Shown: positions 51,744 through 63,711, numbered from the stretch's first letter. The stretch is 64,000 nt of DNA from an uncultured delta proteobacterium (GCA_963706575.1 CAVPNL010000018.1:96001-160000), one strand, 5' to 3'. Translations and numbers: made by a program. The notes: generated by a model not told the origin, from the sequence alone.

Positions 51744-51852
51744 GCGCATTCTTCCTCCGCCGGCATTATCCGGATCAGGTTCAACGGTCGGACTCACAAT
51801 AAGATGTCAGAGTCCCTCTCAGCCCGGTCTTTCCGAGCTCCCGACACACAGC
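51744..51852 (-). ncRNA. TPP riboswitch
   Basis: GGGAGC...GGCTGAGA...GACCGTTGAACCTGATCCGGATAATGCCGGCGGAGGAAG. Confidence 0.95.
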
Positions 51853-51996
51853 AAAGTTAATTTTCAGTCTGCAAATTATAAATAGGGGTCTAACCCGAAC
51901 CTGTCAAGCAATTTCACGGCTGGATGTTTGTTTTCCTGAGTCACTATGATATATAACCTGTAGCTGCATCTCGTTTTACGGCAGGAAGACAGGTTT

Positions 51997-52449
51997 ATGG
52001 CAATTTATAATTTAGACGGCTTATTGGACAAATACAGTGGTGAATTTCTGATTCTGGAGTTTAATCATCTCTTTATTTCATCGTCCATCCGCGAGGAAGT
52101 CTGGCTGCTTCAGCGCAAAAATGATTCGCCGTTGATCGATAAAATCGTGAGGGCCGCCAGAGAATTTAATATCCATGAAGTCAGCGATGAAAGAGATTTC
52201 GAGACCTATTCCGGCGGACAAAAAGCCATTTTAGCCTGCCTGCTGACACTGGCGCTGATTGGCGACCGCAAAATCCAGGGCCTCAAATTATTGCTAAATA
52301 ATATCCTGGACTCCGTGAGTGAAGAAAACCGGTCAAAATTGGTTCAAAAATTCGAAGAAATCCGTTCAACTCACAATATAAGGCTGTTCACCGAAAAGGA
52401 TGGCCACATCCAGGAGATTTTTACAACGAATGGAAATCCGCAAGGGTAA
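51997..52449 (+). CDS. Truncated ABC ATPase-like protein retaining the signature motif only
   Basis: YSGGQK...LLLNNILDSVS; no Walker A. Confidence 0.65.
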   Translation: MAIYNLDGLLDKYSGEFLILEFNHLFISSSIREEVWLLQRKNDSPLIDKIVRAAREFNIHEVSDERDFETYSGGQKAILACLLTLALIGDRKIQGLKLLLNNILDSVSEENRSKLVQKFEEIRSTHNIRLFTEKDGHIQEIFTTNGNPQG

Positions 52450-52909
52450 ATATCGTTTAGATGACCGCAACCTGAATTTTGATATCGTCGCTGACCTCAA
52501 TTTTAATGTTAGCGGCAGCCGATTTTATTTCAGGGGCGGCAACGGTTTCGGCAAGACATCCTTTCTGGAGAAAATTATCATTCCCGCCCTAAAGGCTGAT
52601 AACCTTCCCTATTTATATATCGGTCAGGATATTCGGACGCAGCTTTATACCTTGCGAGCGCTTCTTTCCATCCAGGGATTTAAAGTATCCGATACGGATG
52701 AGGTTGAACTTTTAAGGCTGTGGATTGATCAGGGCCAATCGGCAAGCGTCCTTATACTGGATGAGTTTGATAAATATTTCCCCGATTATGGATTTATCTT
52801 TGACTGGAGTGATGCCTTTATCCGGACCTACATCATCGTAACCCATCTGGCGATGAATCGCTGTGAGGCGGTTGCGAATAATTATCCGAATTTGCAACGT
52901 GAGGTTTGA
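52430..52909 (+). CDS. Minimal ABC ATPase lacking the signature subdomain (C-terminus possibly frameshifted)
   Basis: GGNGFGKT, YIGQD, LILDE, IIVTH; no LSGGQ. Confidence 0.72.
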   Translation: MEIRKGKYRLDDRNLNFDIVADLNFNVSGSRFYFRGGNGFGKTSFLEKIIIPALKADNLPYLYIGQDIRTQLYTLRALLSIQGFKVSDTDEVELLRLWIDQGQSASVLILDEFDKYFPDYGFIFDWSDAFIRTYIIVTHLAMNRCEAVANNYPNLQREV

Positions 52910-52953
52910 ATTGATCAACATCGATGGTCAACTCAAGAATGTCAGGGTGAGAA

Positions 52954-53568
52954 ATGAATAATATCGTCATTTTAAAACTTGGCACCATATTCATCATCAT
53001 CCTCTCCTTTTTTTGGCTGTTTGTTTTCGGCCCCTTTTATGACAGCATCAGCATTCAACTGGCTGTTTTTATCGTTGTCATGGGATGGAATGCGTTGCGG
53101 TTTTCGTTTCAAGAAACCATATCATTGCTGAAGTTCTGTTTTCCATTTGTATTGAGTTTGTTTGTTTTCGGACTTATCTTTCACTTTATACAGCTATTCG
53201 GCAGAACGGATTGGTTGCAGGACACACTCATTAAATGTTTGGTGTTCCCGAGCTCATTGATTTTTTTAAAAATCCTGTTGACCTATATTACCTATCTGGA
53301 TATCCTTAACCTTCCGATTTCAATGAAAAAACGAATTGGCCTGATCACAATGAAATCTGCATTCCAAAAAGGGGAAAAAATATTGCGCCGATTTTCCTGG
53401 TATCTGAATACCTATTCTGACCTGCAATCCGGCAACAGAATTAAATCCGAATTGAAAAAATATGCCTGCCTTATTATCGCCCTGTATTTGTATCTTTATG
53501 AAGAAATTGAAAATTCAAATCGATTACTAAAAAATCGATATCAGCATCTATACGAGGTCAACGAATGA
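52954..53568 (+). CDS. Membrane protein, EcfT-like by topology and context
   Basis: 4-5 TM helices then a cytoplasmic helical region; sits between the ATPases and the S component. Confidence 0.55.
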   Translation: MNNIVILKLGTIFIIILSFFWLFVFGPFYDSISIQLAVFIVVMGWNALRFSFQETISLLKFCFPFVLSLFVFGLIFHFIQLFGRTDWLQDTLIKCLVFPSSLIFLKILLTYITYLDILNLPISMKKRIGLITMKSAFQKGEKILRRFSWYLNTYSDLQSGNRIKSELKKYACLIIALYLYLYEEIENSNRLLKNRYQHLYEVNE

Positions 53569-54068
53569 AAAATGTTAAAATTGCTTTTATCGCCCTAACA
53601 GTTGTTGCTGCCCTGATCACCCTGTTTATCAGGATCCCGCTGCCCAGCAGGGGCTACTTCAATTTTGGAGATGTGGCAGTGGTGTTCTCGGGTCTGGTTC
53701 TGGGAAGCCTGGCGCAGAAAAAAAATTTCTGGTGGGGTGCAGGAGCCGGGGGTATCGGTTCGGCCCTGGCGGATATCATCGGCGGATTCGGAATGTTTGC
53801 GCCGATTACATTAATTGCCAAGGGGGCTGAAGGCGGATTATGCGCGCTGGCATCCGGCCGGCACAAATTCAGCCGGTGGATTTTAATTCTGCTGGGCGGC
53901 GCTTCGATGGTCGCATGCTATTTTATTGCTGAAGCATTAATGCCGAACATCGGGCTTCAGGGGGCGGTATCGGAAATCATCCCCAATCTGATCCAGGCCG
54001 GCGGCGGCATTGCCGGCGGCGTCCTGGCGTTTACCGCTTATAAAAAAATAGTAGGTACCGAAAAATAG
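53565..54068 (+). CDS. ECF transporter S component
   Basis: IRIPLP..GYFNFGD, GGIGSALADI, APITLIAKG.EG, NLIQ. Confidence 0.88.
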   Translation: MKNVKIAFIALTVVAALITLFIRIPLPSRGYFNFGDVAVVFSGLVLGSLAQKKNFWWGAGAGGIGSALADIIGGFGMFAPITLIAKGAEGGLCALASGRHKFSRWILILLGGASMVACYFIAEALMPNIGLQGAVSEIIPNLIQAGGGIAGGVLAFTAYKKIVGTEK

Positions 54069-54118
54069 TTCAATGGCGGAATGGGTTCAGTTGAACCCTT
54101 TAACCCCGGTTAGACGAC

Positions 54119-54988
54119 ATGGCAATTGCGCTGGCGCTGTTATCCTCGCTTCTCATCAGCGGGACCACCATCATTATGAAAAAAGGCATTGAGCGGACAA
54201 ACCCGACTTCCGCTATGCTGGTGGTCACCCTGACGGGGACTTTGATTTTGTTGATAATTTCACTGCCGCTGGTTCAACTTACCCATCTAAAATCAAAGGC
54301 ATTTCTGTTATTTATTCTGGCTGGCATATTTTCTCCGGCACTCGTTCGCTGGCTTTACTTCATCAGCCTCGATCGTATCGGCCCGTCGATGTCATCGTCC
54401 ATCATATCCACCGGGCCCGCGTTCACTGCAATTATCGCCATCGTATTCCTGAAGGAAAAAGCAACGCTAAACATCGTCCTGGGAATCATTTTGATTATCG
54501 GCGGGATCATTACCTTTGAAAGAGACATCAGCTCCAGCGGCAAATTTGTCGTCCGTCATAAACAGGATTTGATATTTGCACTGTTGTCAGCAATTCTAGT
54601 GGGATTGGCAATCGTCATCCGCAAGATGGGGTTGAATACTCTGGACGAACCGATTTTTGGCGTAACCGTCGGATTTACGACATCGCTGGTATTTTATGGA
54701 ATGATGTGTCTGGTATTTAAAGGTATGCGTGCGGCGATTTCCTTGAACCTCAAAAATACACTGTATCTGAGCGGGGCCGGTGTGTTTTTAACAACCGCCT
54801 GGTTGACGTTATTCTATGCACTGTCCTACGGAGATGCGATTATCGTAGCGCCGCTGGCCAGTCTTCACCCGGTGATGGTGCTGGGGTGGAGTTACCTGTT
54901 TTTCAAAGATATAGAAAAAATTACCTTTAAAACCGTACTCGGTGTTATCGTGGTGCTGATCGGCGTCCTGCTGATTGCCTTAAAGTAG
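54119..54988 (+). CDS. DMT/EamA-family transporter
   Basis: 10 TM helices, two EamA repeats. Confidence 0.88.
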   Translation: MAIALALLSSLLISGTTIIMKKGIERTNPTSAMLVVTLTGTLILLIISLPLVQLTHLKSKAFLLFILAGIFSPALVRWLYFISLDRIGPSMSSSIISTGPAFTAIIAIVFLKEKATLNIVLGIILIIGGIITFERDISSSGKFVVRHKQDLIFALLSAILVGLAIVIRKMGLNTLDEPIFGVTVGFTTSLVFYGMMCLVFKGMRAAISLNLKNTLYLSGAGVFLTTAWLTLFYALSYGDAIIVAPLASLHPVMVLGWSYLFFKDIEKITFKTVLGVIVVLIGVLLIALK

Positions 54989-55074
54989 TTTAATTGGTTT
55001 GATTGGTTTAATTCGTTGAATTTGTTAAAGCGAACCAATTGAACAAATCAAACGAATCGAACCAATGGAACAAG
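54988..55074. repeat. Hairpin with 9-nt periodic arms (ATTGGTTTR), copy 2
   Basis: gtttaattggtttgattggtttaattcgttgaatttgtt / aaccaattgaacaaatcaaacgaatcgaaccaat between convergent genes. Confidence 0.75.
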
Positions 55075-55093
55075 TTGCTTTTTCCTGAATCCC

Positions 55094-55759
55094 TCAACCG
55101 CCGACTGGCGATAGCCATCCAGTTGAAAATGCCAGCATAAACTGCCCGCCATAATACAATGGCAAACCGATCAATCGATTGACAAATTCAGCCTTTAAAA
55201 ATCGCTGCCGGGCAACAAAGATATCGGAGACATAAAAACCCAGTGCCCCGCCAAATGCCGCCATGCGACCCGCCGGCTCAAGCTCGCCGGCACCCACCAT
55301 TGACCAGGCCCCCACGACCATGGCGGTGATCACCAGGATATAGAATATTACCGGAATTTTCATAGAGCCCAGATGGGGCCGCAGCCACAAAAACACACCG
55401 GCGCCGGCCAATGTGCTTATTGCCAGACCAATGTCGGTCCACAGATTGAATCCGGCCGTATAAAAGAAGGCGCCAGTATAAAACACATGCCCCAGCAAAA
55501 AAGACACCAGGCCAAAGAGAAACATTTTCTTGCCGGGCAACGCCAGAAAGACATCACCGCCCAGACAAAAAATCATGCCGATCAGCAAAAAACGGTAATA
55601 TGGCGGAATCGGATGGAATTGAACGACTGCGGCAAAGATAAACAGTGAAGAAAGAAGGGATTTAACCGCCAGCTTGGCCGTCAGAACCTCCTTTTTTTCA
55701 CAATAAAGAAGGCCGGCCAGCAAGCCAGCAGCGGATACAACTACTAAAAAATTAACCAT
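55094..55759 (-). CDS. YhhN-family lysoplasmalogenase-like membrane protein
   Basis: GDVFL, FLFGLVSFLLGHVFY, FYVSD, LYYGGQ. Confidence 0.88.
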   Translation of the reverse strand: MVNFLVVVSAAGLLAGLLYCEKKEVLTAKLAVKSLLSSLFIFAAVVQFHPIPPYYRFLLIGMIFCLGGDVFLALPGKKMFLFGLVSFLLGHVFYTGAFFYTAGFNLWTDIGLAISTLAGAGVFLWLRPHLGSMKIPVIFYILVITAMVVGAWSMVGAGELEPAGRMAAFGGALGFYVSDIFVARQRFLKAEFVNRLIGLPLYYGGQFMLAFSTGWLSPVGG

Positions 55760-55839
55760 CGTAATTTATGGATCGTCCTAAGAACTTACATATGGAGGTT
55801 GGTCGTTGGTCTCATACAGGTTTCAGGTGTCAGTAAAAT

Positions 55840-55930
55840 AGCTGGAAGGCTGGAAAGCTTGGATGCTCGAAGGCTCGAAGGCTTCATCGCTTCCGGCTTC
55901 CTGGCTTCCCAGCCTTCCAGCCTCCAAGCT
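55840..55930. repeat. Hairpin with 8-nt periodic arms (GCTGGAAG)
   Basis: agctggaaggctggaaagcttggatgctcgaaggctcgaag / cttccggcttcctggcttcccagccttccagcctccaagct. Confidence 0.78.
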
Positions 55931-55936
55931 ATGAGC

Positions 55937-57304
<1,368 letters not shown>

Positions 57305-57433
57305 TCAGACCGGAATTTCGGTCAAAATCGGTATTGAGTAATGCGTGCTCCATAATGAACTCGTGAAGATTTTGCAAGTATTTATGTCTTTAGGAATAAA
57401 AAAGAAGAGATTTTGAAACGCGCAATTTAGATT

Positions 57434-59041
57434 TTAATTCCTGACCCCCTTTGTACTACTGTCAAGTGGCAACATAACATTCCGCGTGTATTTAACAACC
57501 TGGTCGCGGCCGGCCCTTTTGGCTGCATACATGGCCGCATCCGCTTTCCTGATCAGATCTTCCGGATCCGTTCCATCATGTGGAAAAGTGGCGATACCCA
57601 GGCTGATGGTGACGGGAGGGAAATCCTCGAATTTCATCTCTGCCAAATTTTTCCGTAAGCGCTCGGATAAAATATGGGCGGCGTCATTGGCCGCCTCAGG
57701 TATCATAATGACAAACTCTTCACCACCATACCTGGCAACCACATCCACATCTCTGACATTTTGTTGCAGAAATTTGCCGATGGCCCTTAAAACCCGATCA
57801 CCGGCATCGTGGCCATAGGTGTCATTGATATTTTTAAATCGGTCCAGATCAGCCATGACAACAGATAAAATATTGTTGTAGCGCTGGGCTCGATGCAGTT
57901 CCTCCTGCAGCTTGACCATAAAATACCGGCGAACGTAAAGGCCCGTTAAAGAATCCGTAACCGCCATATCCCAGAGCTGGGCCTTATTGATAGCCACGGC
58001 GGCCTGATCGGCCACGGCTTTCAGCATTTCAACATCTTCGTCCGTAAAGTCTTTTCCGTGCCGCTTGTTGGTCACATTGATGACGCCGATGACATCACTG
58101 TAAACGATCATGGGAATGCACACAATCGAGCGAACATACGATTTCTCGGAGTCTATGAAAACATCATCGTCTTCGATGTTGTTTACCACAATGGGTTTGG
58201 CAGTCATATAGACCCGACCGGCGATGCCCTCGCCCGGTTTAAAACTGCGGCATTCGATTTCATTATTATTGACTTTTTCCTGAAAGGCTGCGTCCTCCAC
58301 TCCGGCCAGCACTCGGATATTTAGCTGATCGGTCTCCAGATCATAAAGCATCAGGGAGCCTTTCTCGGCAGAGGTCACCTCGATGGCCTGGCTTAAAATA
58401 AACTGCAGCAGGTTCTTGAGGTCACTGATATAATTCATGGCCTTGCCGATGCTGTACAGAAGAGACAGATTTTGGATGGTTTTATCCAGGTCTTCCTTTT
58501 CTTTTTGACGCTTCTCATAAAGATGGCAGGTGTTAACGCATACGACAGCATGAGCGGAGAGTTGCTGCAGAAAATATCGATCGGCATCGTCGAAAGGTTG
58601 ATCGTTTTTGCGAGACCCGATGGTCACCAAGGCGGTCAATTCATCCCCCATGCCCAGAGGAACCCACAGTTTAGATTGAAGCCCGGCAAGGCCGTGCTTT
58701 TGGAAATCCTTTGAAAACAAAGGCTTTCCCGTATCGTCGCTGACCTCAAAGGGTTCGCCGTTCAAAATGGATTTCCAGAGTCTGGTTTTACCTTTCTTAA
58801 TTTCAATGCTCAGCTCGCTTAAACCTTCGTTGAAAACAAGCTCAAGCGCATTTGTTTTGTTGCGATAAAGAAATATCGCCAGCCGGTGAATCGAAAATTT
58901 TTTCCGGATCACATCGGCAAGTACCCTGTATAATTGTTCAAGATCGAGCGTGTTACTTAATTTGCGACAAGCTTGCAGAATTTCTGTCAGCGCTATTGAT
59001 TGAATATTTCTTGAAGACATAAACTCCTCGACTATGTGCAC
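57434..59041 (-). CDS. GAF-GAF diguanylate cyclase
   Basis: Two GAF-like domains; DLDRFKNINDTYGH, RDVD I-site, RYGGEEF. Confidence 0.93.
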   Translation of the reverse strand: MHIVEEFMSSRNIQSIALTEILQACRKLSNTLDLEQLYRVLADVIRKKFSIHRLAIFLYRNKTNALELVFNEGLSELSIEIKKGKTRLWKSILNGEPFEVSDDTGKPLFSKDFQKHGLAGLQSKLWVPLGMGDELTALVTIGSRKNDQPFDDADRYFLQQLSAHAVVCVNTCHLYEKRQKEKEDLDKTIQNLSLLYSIGKAMNYISDLKNLLQFILSQAIEVTSAEKGSLMLYDLETDQLNIRVLAGVEDAAFQEKVNNNEIECRSFKPGEGIAGRVYMTAKPIVVNNIEDDDVFIDSEKSYVRSIVCIPMIVYSDVIGVINVTNKRHGKDFTDEDVEMLKAVADQAAVAINKAQLWDMAVTDSLTGLYVRRYFMVKLQEELHRAQRYNNILSVVMADLDRFKNINDTYGHDAGDRVLRAIGKFLQQNVRDVDVVARYGGEEFVIMIPEAANDAAHILSERLRKNLAEMKFEDFPPVTISLGIATFPHDGTDPEDLIRKADAAMYAAKRAGRDQVVKYTRNVMLPLDSSTKGVRN

Positions 59042-59376
59042 ATAGGAACACAGCGTTTTGATTTGCCAGTTATCGACCTATGCTATTTAACTTTATCGTT
59101 TTTCCTCAGAGATTGCAAACAGTGTTCACTCGACAAGAATCATTTAAATAATGACAAAATTTGAAAGGGAAATACCATTATGACGATGCTTTTAAAGATT
59201 AAAAAAAAGCACTTTTCCGAATCAACTTCATGTGGGTCGGAACTCATTTGGGTGTCCGGGTAACAGACGTTTGGCGGGAATTGGAATTGAGCCGGCCGAT
59301 GGCAGCATTTGGACGGATTATGCGATAAAGATCTTTATCGCCATTAAGGAAAAATTACAAAACATTTTAATGGCTT

Positions 59377-59871
59377 TCAATAAACGCGCTCTTCACGTAT
59401 TCCTTCTTGGGACACCGAATCCGGCATAACCTGAATTTTATTGTCCGATCCGAATTTTACGGTTACATAGAGGCTGGAGTAATACACACCTACCTTATTT
59501 CCTTGATTGTCAAAAATATGGGAGCCACGCGGATTATAGGGTGGGCGGTGTTCAAATTCCCACATGTATTTTACGGCTTCTTTAAACTCTTCGGTTTGGG
59601 GATCGATTTGACGCCATAATCGTGATTGAAGCTCCCATTTGGGATCAAGCCCCACAATGGCGTAATGTCTGTTGTTAACGCCGTAATAATAAAATTTGAA
59701 ATCAGATGGAACCTGGTTGGTTTTAAAAGAATCGGTGACATTATCATCAAAAGCGACCCGCCCGTATGATCCGGTGCACCCCGCAGCCAGGGCAAACGCC
59801 AATAAACCAAATAAAAAGCCAATAAACGGCTTCGAAGTGGCCTTATTTGGGCAAAATGGTCCGCTTTTCAT
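59377..59871 (-). CDS. Hypothetical lipoprotein, paralog 1
   Basis: LAAGC lipobox; YYYG....YAIVGLDP...W. Confidence 0.8.
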   Translation of the reverse strand: MKSGPFCPNKATSKPFIGFLFGLLAFALAAGCTGSYGRVAFDDNVTDSFKTNQVPSDFKFYYYGVNNRHYAIVGLDPKWELQSRLWRQIDPQTEEFKEAVKYMWEFEHRPPYNPRGSHIFDNQGNKVGVYYSSLYVTVKFGSDNKIQVMPDSVSQEGIREERVY

Positions 59872-59957
59872 CGTTGACTTCCTTACCGCCAGCCCGGTAT
59901 CCGACCACCGGCTTCAAATGCAATCAGGCAGTTCTTAGCAGAAAAATAAAATTAGAA

Positions 59958-60155
59958 CTATACCCTGTCTCAAAAATGTGGATCAGGGTTCAGGGCCCCG
60001 CTAAGCGGGATTACATGTCTAATCTAAACAGATTAAGGTATGCATCAAGGCGTCCGGTGAATTGAAAACGGAGCGTACACGAAGTACGTGAGTATTTCAA
60101 TTTGCGGGACAACGCAGCCCAGGGCCCTTAGACGCATTTTTGAGATGGACTCTAG
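59958..60155 (+). repeat. ERIC/IRU-like element, copy 2, with terminal inverted repeats
   Basis: TATACCC start; gtctcaaaaatg / catttttgagat TIR; same AAGGCG, GGAGCGTACACG, GTACGTGAG, CAACGCAG motifs as 30302-30400. Confidence 0.7.
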
Positions 60156-60628
60156 TGACTGCCACGGACGAATGGCGTATCCGGCATGACCGCAATTCTG
60201 TTGTTCTCTTCGAATCGTATCGCGACGAACCAGATGCTCGAATACCATATACCAACCTTTTCGCCGGTTGGAGACAAAATGCTGGCTCCGGATATCAATG
60301 AATAATAATCGCCGCCCCAAACCCAGTCAACCATTTCTTTGAACTGCTCGGTCCCGGGATCGACCTCACGCCAGACTTTCGAGCTTATATGATAAGCGGG
60401 ATCGATTCCAATAATGGCATACGGGGCATTCGTTCGGCCGTAATAGTAATATTTGTAATCGGGCTCGACCTCATAGGATTGAAAAATCCGGGTGAGTTCA
60501 GGATTGCGTTTGATTCGTCCGTAATTTTCAGAACAGCCGCTGACCATCGCAGATACAATTAACATGGCAAGAATATAGCAAAATCTTGAAAATCGGCTGC
60601 CGCTAATGATTGTTTGTAGATGATTCAT
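60152..60628 (-). CDS. Hypothetical lipoprotein, paralog 2
   Basis: VSGC lipobox; YYYYG....YAIIGIDP...W; colinear with 59377-59871. Confidence 0.8.
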   Translation of the reverse strand: MNHLQTIISGSRFSRFCYILAMLIVSAMVSGCSENYGRIKRNPELTRIFQSYEVEPDYKYYYYGRTNAPYAIIGIDPAYHISSKVWREVDPGTEQFKEMVDWVWGGDYYSLISGASILSPTGEKVGIWYSSIWFVAIRFEENNRIAVMPDTPFVRGSH

Positions 60629-60801
60629 TAAAACTCCTATATGGGAAGCATTTCATCTGTGTCCTTGCACTGGGGATGAAAATGCTTTTGATGTTTATTT
60701 TTTGTAATAAGGATAATGGTTAAATAATAATACCACTCAGTGGCATGTCAATGGGGATTGTTATAGCGAGGGTTACCTGTTGATCGGTGGGTTTAAAAGG
60801 C

Positions 60802-60841
60802 AAAAAAAAGGCCTGTCACAGTTTAATTAATGACAAGCCTT
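60802..60841 (-). terminator. Terminator after tRNA-Val/tRNA-Asp
   Basis: AAGGCTTGTCA...TGACAGGCC followed by T8 on the minus strand. Confidence 0.65.
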
Positions 60842-60849
60842 ATTTAAAA

Positions 60850-60928
60850 TGGCGGGGACGAAGGGACTCGAACCCTCGACCTCCGGCGTGACAGGCCGGC
60901 GTTCTAAACCAAACTGAACTACGCCCCC
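60850..60928 (-). tRNA. tRNA-Asp(GTC)
   Basis: GGGGGCGTAGTTCAG...CCGGCCTGTCACGCCGG...CCA. Confidence 0.96.
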
Positions 60929-60984
60929 GTATGTTTATTTAGTTGCGGATAGCTTTCGCCTCTCCGCTCCACTCCTTTATGAAG

Positions 60985-61060
60985 TGGTAGGCGGAACAGG
61001 GCTTGAACCTGTGACCCCCGGCTTGTAAGGCCGGTGCTCTCCCAACTGAGCTACCCGCCC
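60985..61060 (-). tRNA. tRNA-Val(TAC)
   Basis: GGGCGGGTAGCTCAGTTGGGAGAGCACCGGCCTTACAAGCCGG...CCA. Confidence 0.96.
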
Positions 61061-61170
61061 ACTTTTATCGGTCCGTTAGGCGTCCAGGGAAAGCAATTGC
61101 TAACAATTTCAGCCCATAATGTCAAGGTAAAAGTCGGCTGAAAAGATGTAGTCCCTTATCGCTTTGTCTC

Positions 61171-63555
61171 TTATATCAAATTTTTCGGTTTTTCCGCGTC
61201 TTCGGTGGTGATTTCAAGCGGAATGTCAACATTTTTAAAAATCGTGTTGCCGTCATCAAGGATGAGTGCGTGGGAAAGCACTTCATCCATATGCTCCACC
61301 AGGATAACTTCAACCTGCTTGGAGATGCTTTTGGGCACATCTTTTAGATCTTTTTCATTTTCTTTGGGGATCAGAATTTTTTTGATTCCGCCCCGGTGAG
61401 CGGCAATGATTTTTTCCTTCAAACCGCCGATCGGCAGTACGCGGCCCCGCAGGGTGATCTCACCGGTCATGGCATAATCACGGTGTACCGGAAATTTGGA
61501 CAGGGCTGATACAAGCGAAGTGCACATGGAAATGCCTGCAGATGGTCCGTCTTTAGGGATAGCGCCTTCGGGGATATGAATATGAATATCATATTTTCGG
61601 TAAAATTTTTCATCGATCGCCAGATTATGCGCCCGTGATCGAACGTAACTTACCGCGGCCTGAGCTGATTCCTGCATGACATCGCCCAGTTTGCCGGTAA
61701 CCGTGAGTTTACCCTTTCCGGGCATAATCAATGTTTCGATAAAGAGCAGCTCGCCGCCCACCTGGGTCCAGGCCAGCCCGGTGACCATACCGACCTGATC
61801 CTTTTCTTCAACCTGTTCCTGCCGAAACCGGTAAGGTCCGAGGTATTTGGCAATCGATTTTTCGGAAACTTTGAATTCGGTTTTATCCTTGTTCTTGACC
61901 GCTTCTTTGGCCAATTTACGGCAAATCGAAGCAATTTCACGCTCAAGATTTCTAACACCGGCTTCGCGGGTATAGCGCCGAATAATGGCCAGTATCGAAT
62001 TTTTGGAATAATTTACGTTTTTCCCCTCCAGGCCGTTGAATTTAATCTGTTTGGGGACCAAAAAGCCTTCCGCAATATGATATTTTTCATATTCGGTGTA
62101 ACCGGGGAGTCGGATAATTTCCATGCGGTCCTGCAGCGGCAGCGGAATATCCGGCAAGGTGTTGGCCGTCGTAATAAAAAGGATATCTGAAAGATCATAA
62201 TCCATATCCAGATAATGATCATTGAAGCTGAAGTTTTGCTCGGGATCCAGAACTTCCAGCAGCGCTGCCGACGGATCGCCCCGGAAATCCATGCTCATTT
62301 TGTCGACTTCATCCAGACAAAATACCGGGTTGCTGACACCGGCCTTTTTCAGTGACTGAAGGATTTTACCCGGCAGGGCCCCGATGTAGGTTCGCCTATG
62401 CCCGCGGATTTCAGCTTCATCTCTAACCCCCCCGAGGGAAAGGCGTACGTATTTGCGCCCGGTGGCCCTGGCGATGGATTTGGCCAGCGAGGTTTTGCCA
62501 ACGCCCGGCGGGCCGACGAAGCAAAGGATCGGGCCTCGAATTTTCTTTACCAGGGCCTGAACCGCCAGATACTCTAAAATCCGTTCTTTGGGTTTTTCAA
62601 GGCCGTAATGATCTTCATCGAGGATCTTTTCAGCCTCATCGAGGTCATCGCCCACTTCGCTTTTTTCATGCCAGGGCAAACTGATGATCCAATCGATATA
62701 ATTTCGCACCACCGTGGCTTCGGCCGACATGGGGGTCATCATTTTTAATTTTTTAAGTTCGGCTTCAACTTTTTCAGTGGCCTCTTTGGACATCTTTTTG
62801 TTTTTGATCTTTTCTTCAAGCTCTCTGATCTCATCGCCCGGATCATCATCGGCGCCCATTTCTTTTTTGATCGCCCGCATCTGTTCGTTCAGATAGTAAT
62901 TTTTCTGCGTCTGCTCCATCTGATCTTTTACGCGATTTTTGATGCGCTGATCCATTCGGAAAACTTCAATTTCCATTTTAATCAGGCTTAAGAGCAGCGC
63001 CAGCCGATCGGTGGGCGAAATAATTTCCAGCAGTTTTTGCTTGTCTTCAATTTTAAACGAAAAATGCGAGGCCACCGTGTCGGCCAGCTGCGATGAATCC
63101 GCAATAACCGCAGCGTTGGTGACCAGTTCTTTTGATATGTTTTTGTTGACGCTGGCATATTCCTCGAACTCTTTAATGACCGATCGAATAAGCGCCGTGG
63201 CTTCTGCTTCAGGAACAACAGGTTCTATTATTTTTTCAACCTGTACCTGAAAGAAATCATTTTCTATTCTAAAGCGTTCAATTCGGGCTCTGGCCTGGCC
63301 TTCCACGAGGGCTTTAACGGTTCCGTCCGGAAGCCTCAGCAGCTGAAGCACCTTACCAATCGTTCCAACATGGTTAATGTCCGTTTCCCCGGGGTTGTCC
63401 ACATTGGCCTTTTTCTGAGTCGACAGAAAAACAAGCTTATCTTTGTTCATGGCATCAGCCAGCGCATTGACCGATTTGGTTCGCCCCACAAAAAGCGGCG
63501 CCACCATATGGGGAAAAACGACAAGGTCTCTTAATGGTAAAAGGGGTAATAGCAT
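61171..63555 (-). CDS. lon: ATP-dependent protease La
   Basis: [33 protein letters not shown]. Confidence 0.98.
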   Translation of the reverse strand: MLLPLLPLRDLVVFPHMVAPLFVGRTKSVNALADAMNKDKLVFLSTQKKANVDNPGETDINHVGTIGKVLQLLRLPDGTVKALVEGQARARIERFRIENDFFQVQVEKIIEPVVPEAEATALIRSVIKEFEEYASVNKNISKELVTNAAVIADSSQLADTVASHFSFKIEDKQKLLEIISPTDRLALLLSLIKMEIEVFRMDQRIKNRVKDQMEQTQKNYYLNEQMRAIKKEMGADDDPGDEIRELEEKIKNKKMSKEATEKVEAELKKLKMMTPMSAEATVVRNYIDWIISLPWHEKSEVGDDLDEAEKILDEDHYGLEKPKERILEYLAVQALVKKIRGPILCFVGPPGVGKTSLAKSIARATGRKYVRLSLGGVRDEAEIRGHRRTYIGALPGKILQSLKKAGVSNPVFCLDEVDKMSMDFRGDPSAALLEVLDPEQNFSFNDHYLDMDYDLSDILFITTANTLPDIPLPLQDRMEIIRLPGYTEYEKYHIAEGFLVPKQIKFNGLEGKNVNYSKNSILAIIRRYTREAGVRNLEREIASICRKLAKEAVKNKDKTEFKVSEKSIAKYLGPYRFRQEQVEEKDQVGMVTGLAWTQVGGELLFIETLIMPGKGKLTVTGKLGDVMQESAQAAVSYVRSRAHNLAIDEKFYRKYDIHIHIPEGAIPKDGPSAGISMCTSLVSALSKFPVHRDYAMTGEITLRGRVLPIGGLKEKIIAAHRGGIKKILIPKENEKDLKDVPKSISKQVEVILVEHMDEVLSHALILDDGNTIFKNVDIPLEITTEDAEKPKNLI

Positions 63556-63711
63556 ATTTGATTCCTCAGTTCCTTTTTCTTTAAAAAATTTAGGAATATT
63601 GTCTGTTTCTTATTTAACGAATTGCCAGAAGAATTAGATCATGGGCGATTTGGTTTGCGGACAACGCCGTCTATGGGGAACAGATCCATTCACATGATAA
63701 ATAAAATCACA

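Noticed and set aside
51606..51797. N-terminal extension of the 488-aa cytX ORF
   Set aside because: It overlaps the TPP aptamer and terminator; the RBS-supported start is at 51605
57361..57378. Rex-like site upstream of gdhA (TCGTGAAGATTTTGCAAG)
   Set aside because: Right half-site too degenerate to support
60850..61060. Island integrated at tRNA-Asp/Val
   Set aside because: No duplicated tRNA 3' end or integrase seen downstream
63556..63612. N-terminal extension of lon (..[15 protein letters not shown])
   Set aside because: Open frame but no standard start codon before an upstream TAA; cannot be supported without homolog alignment
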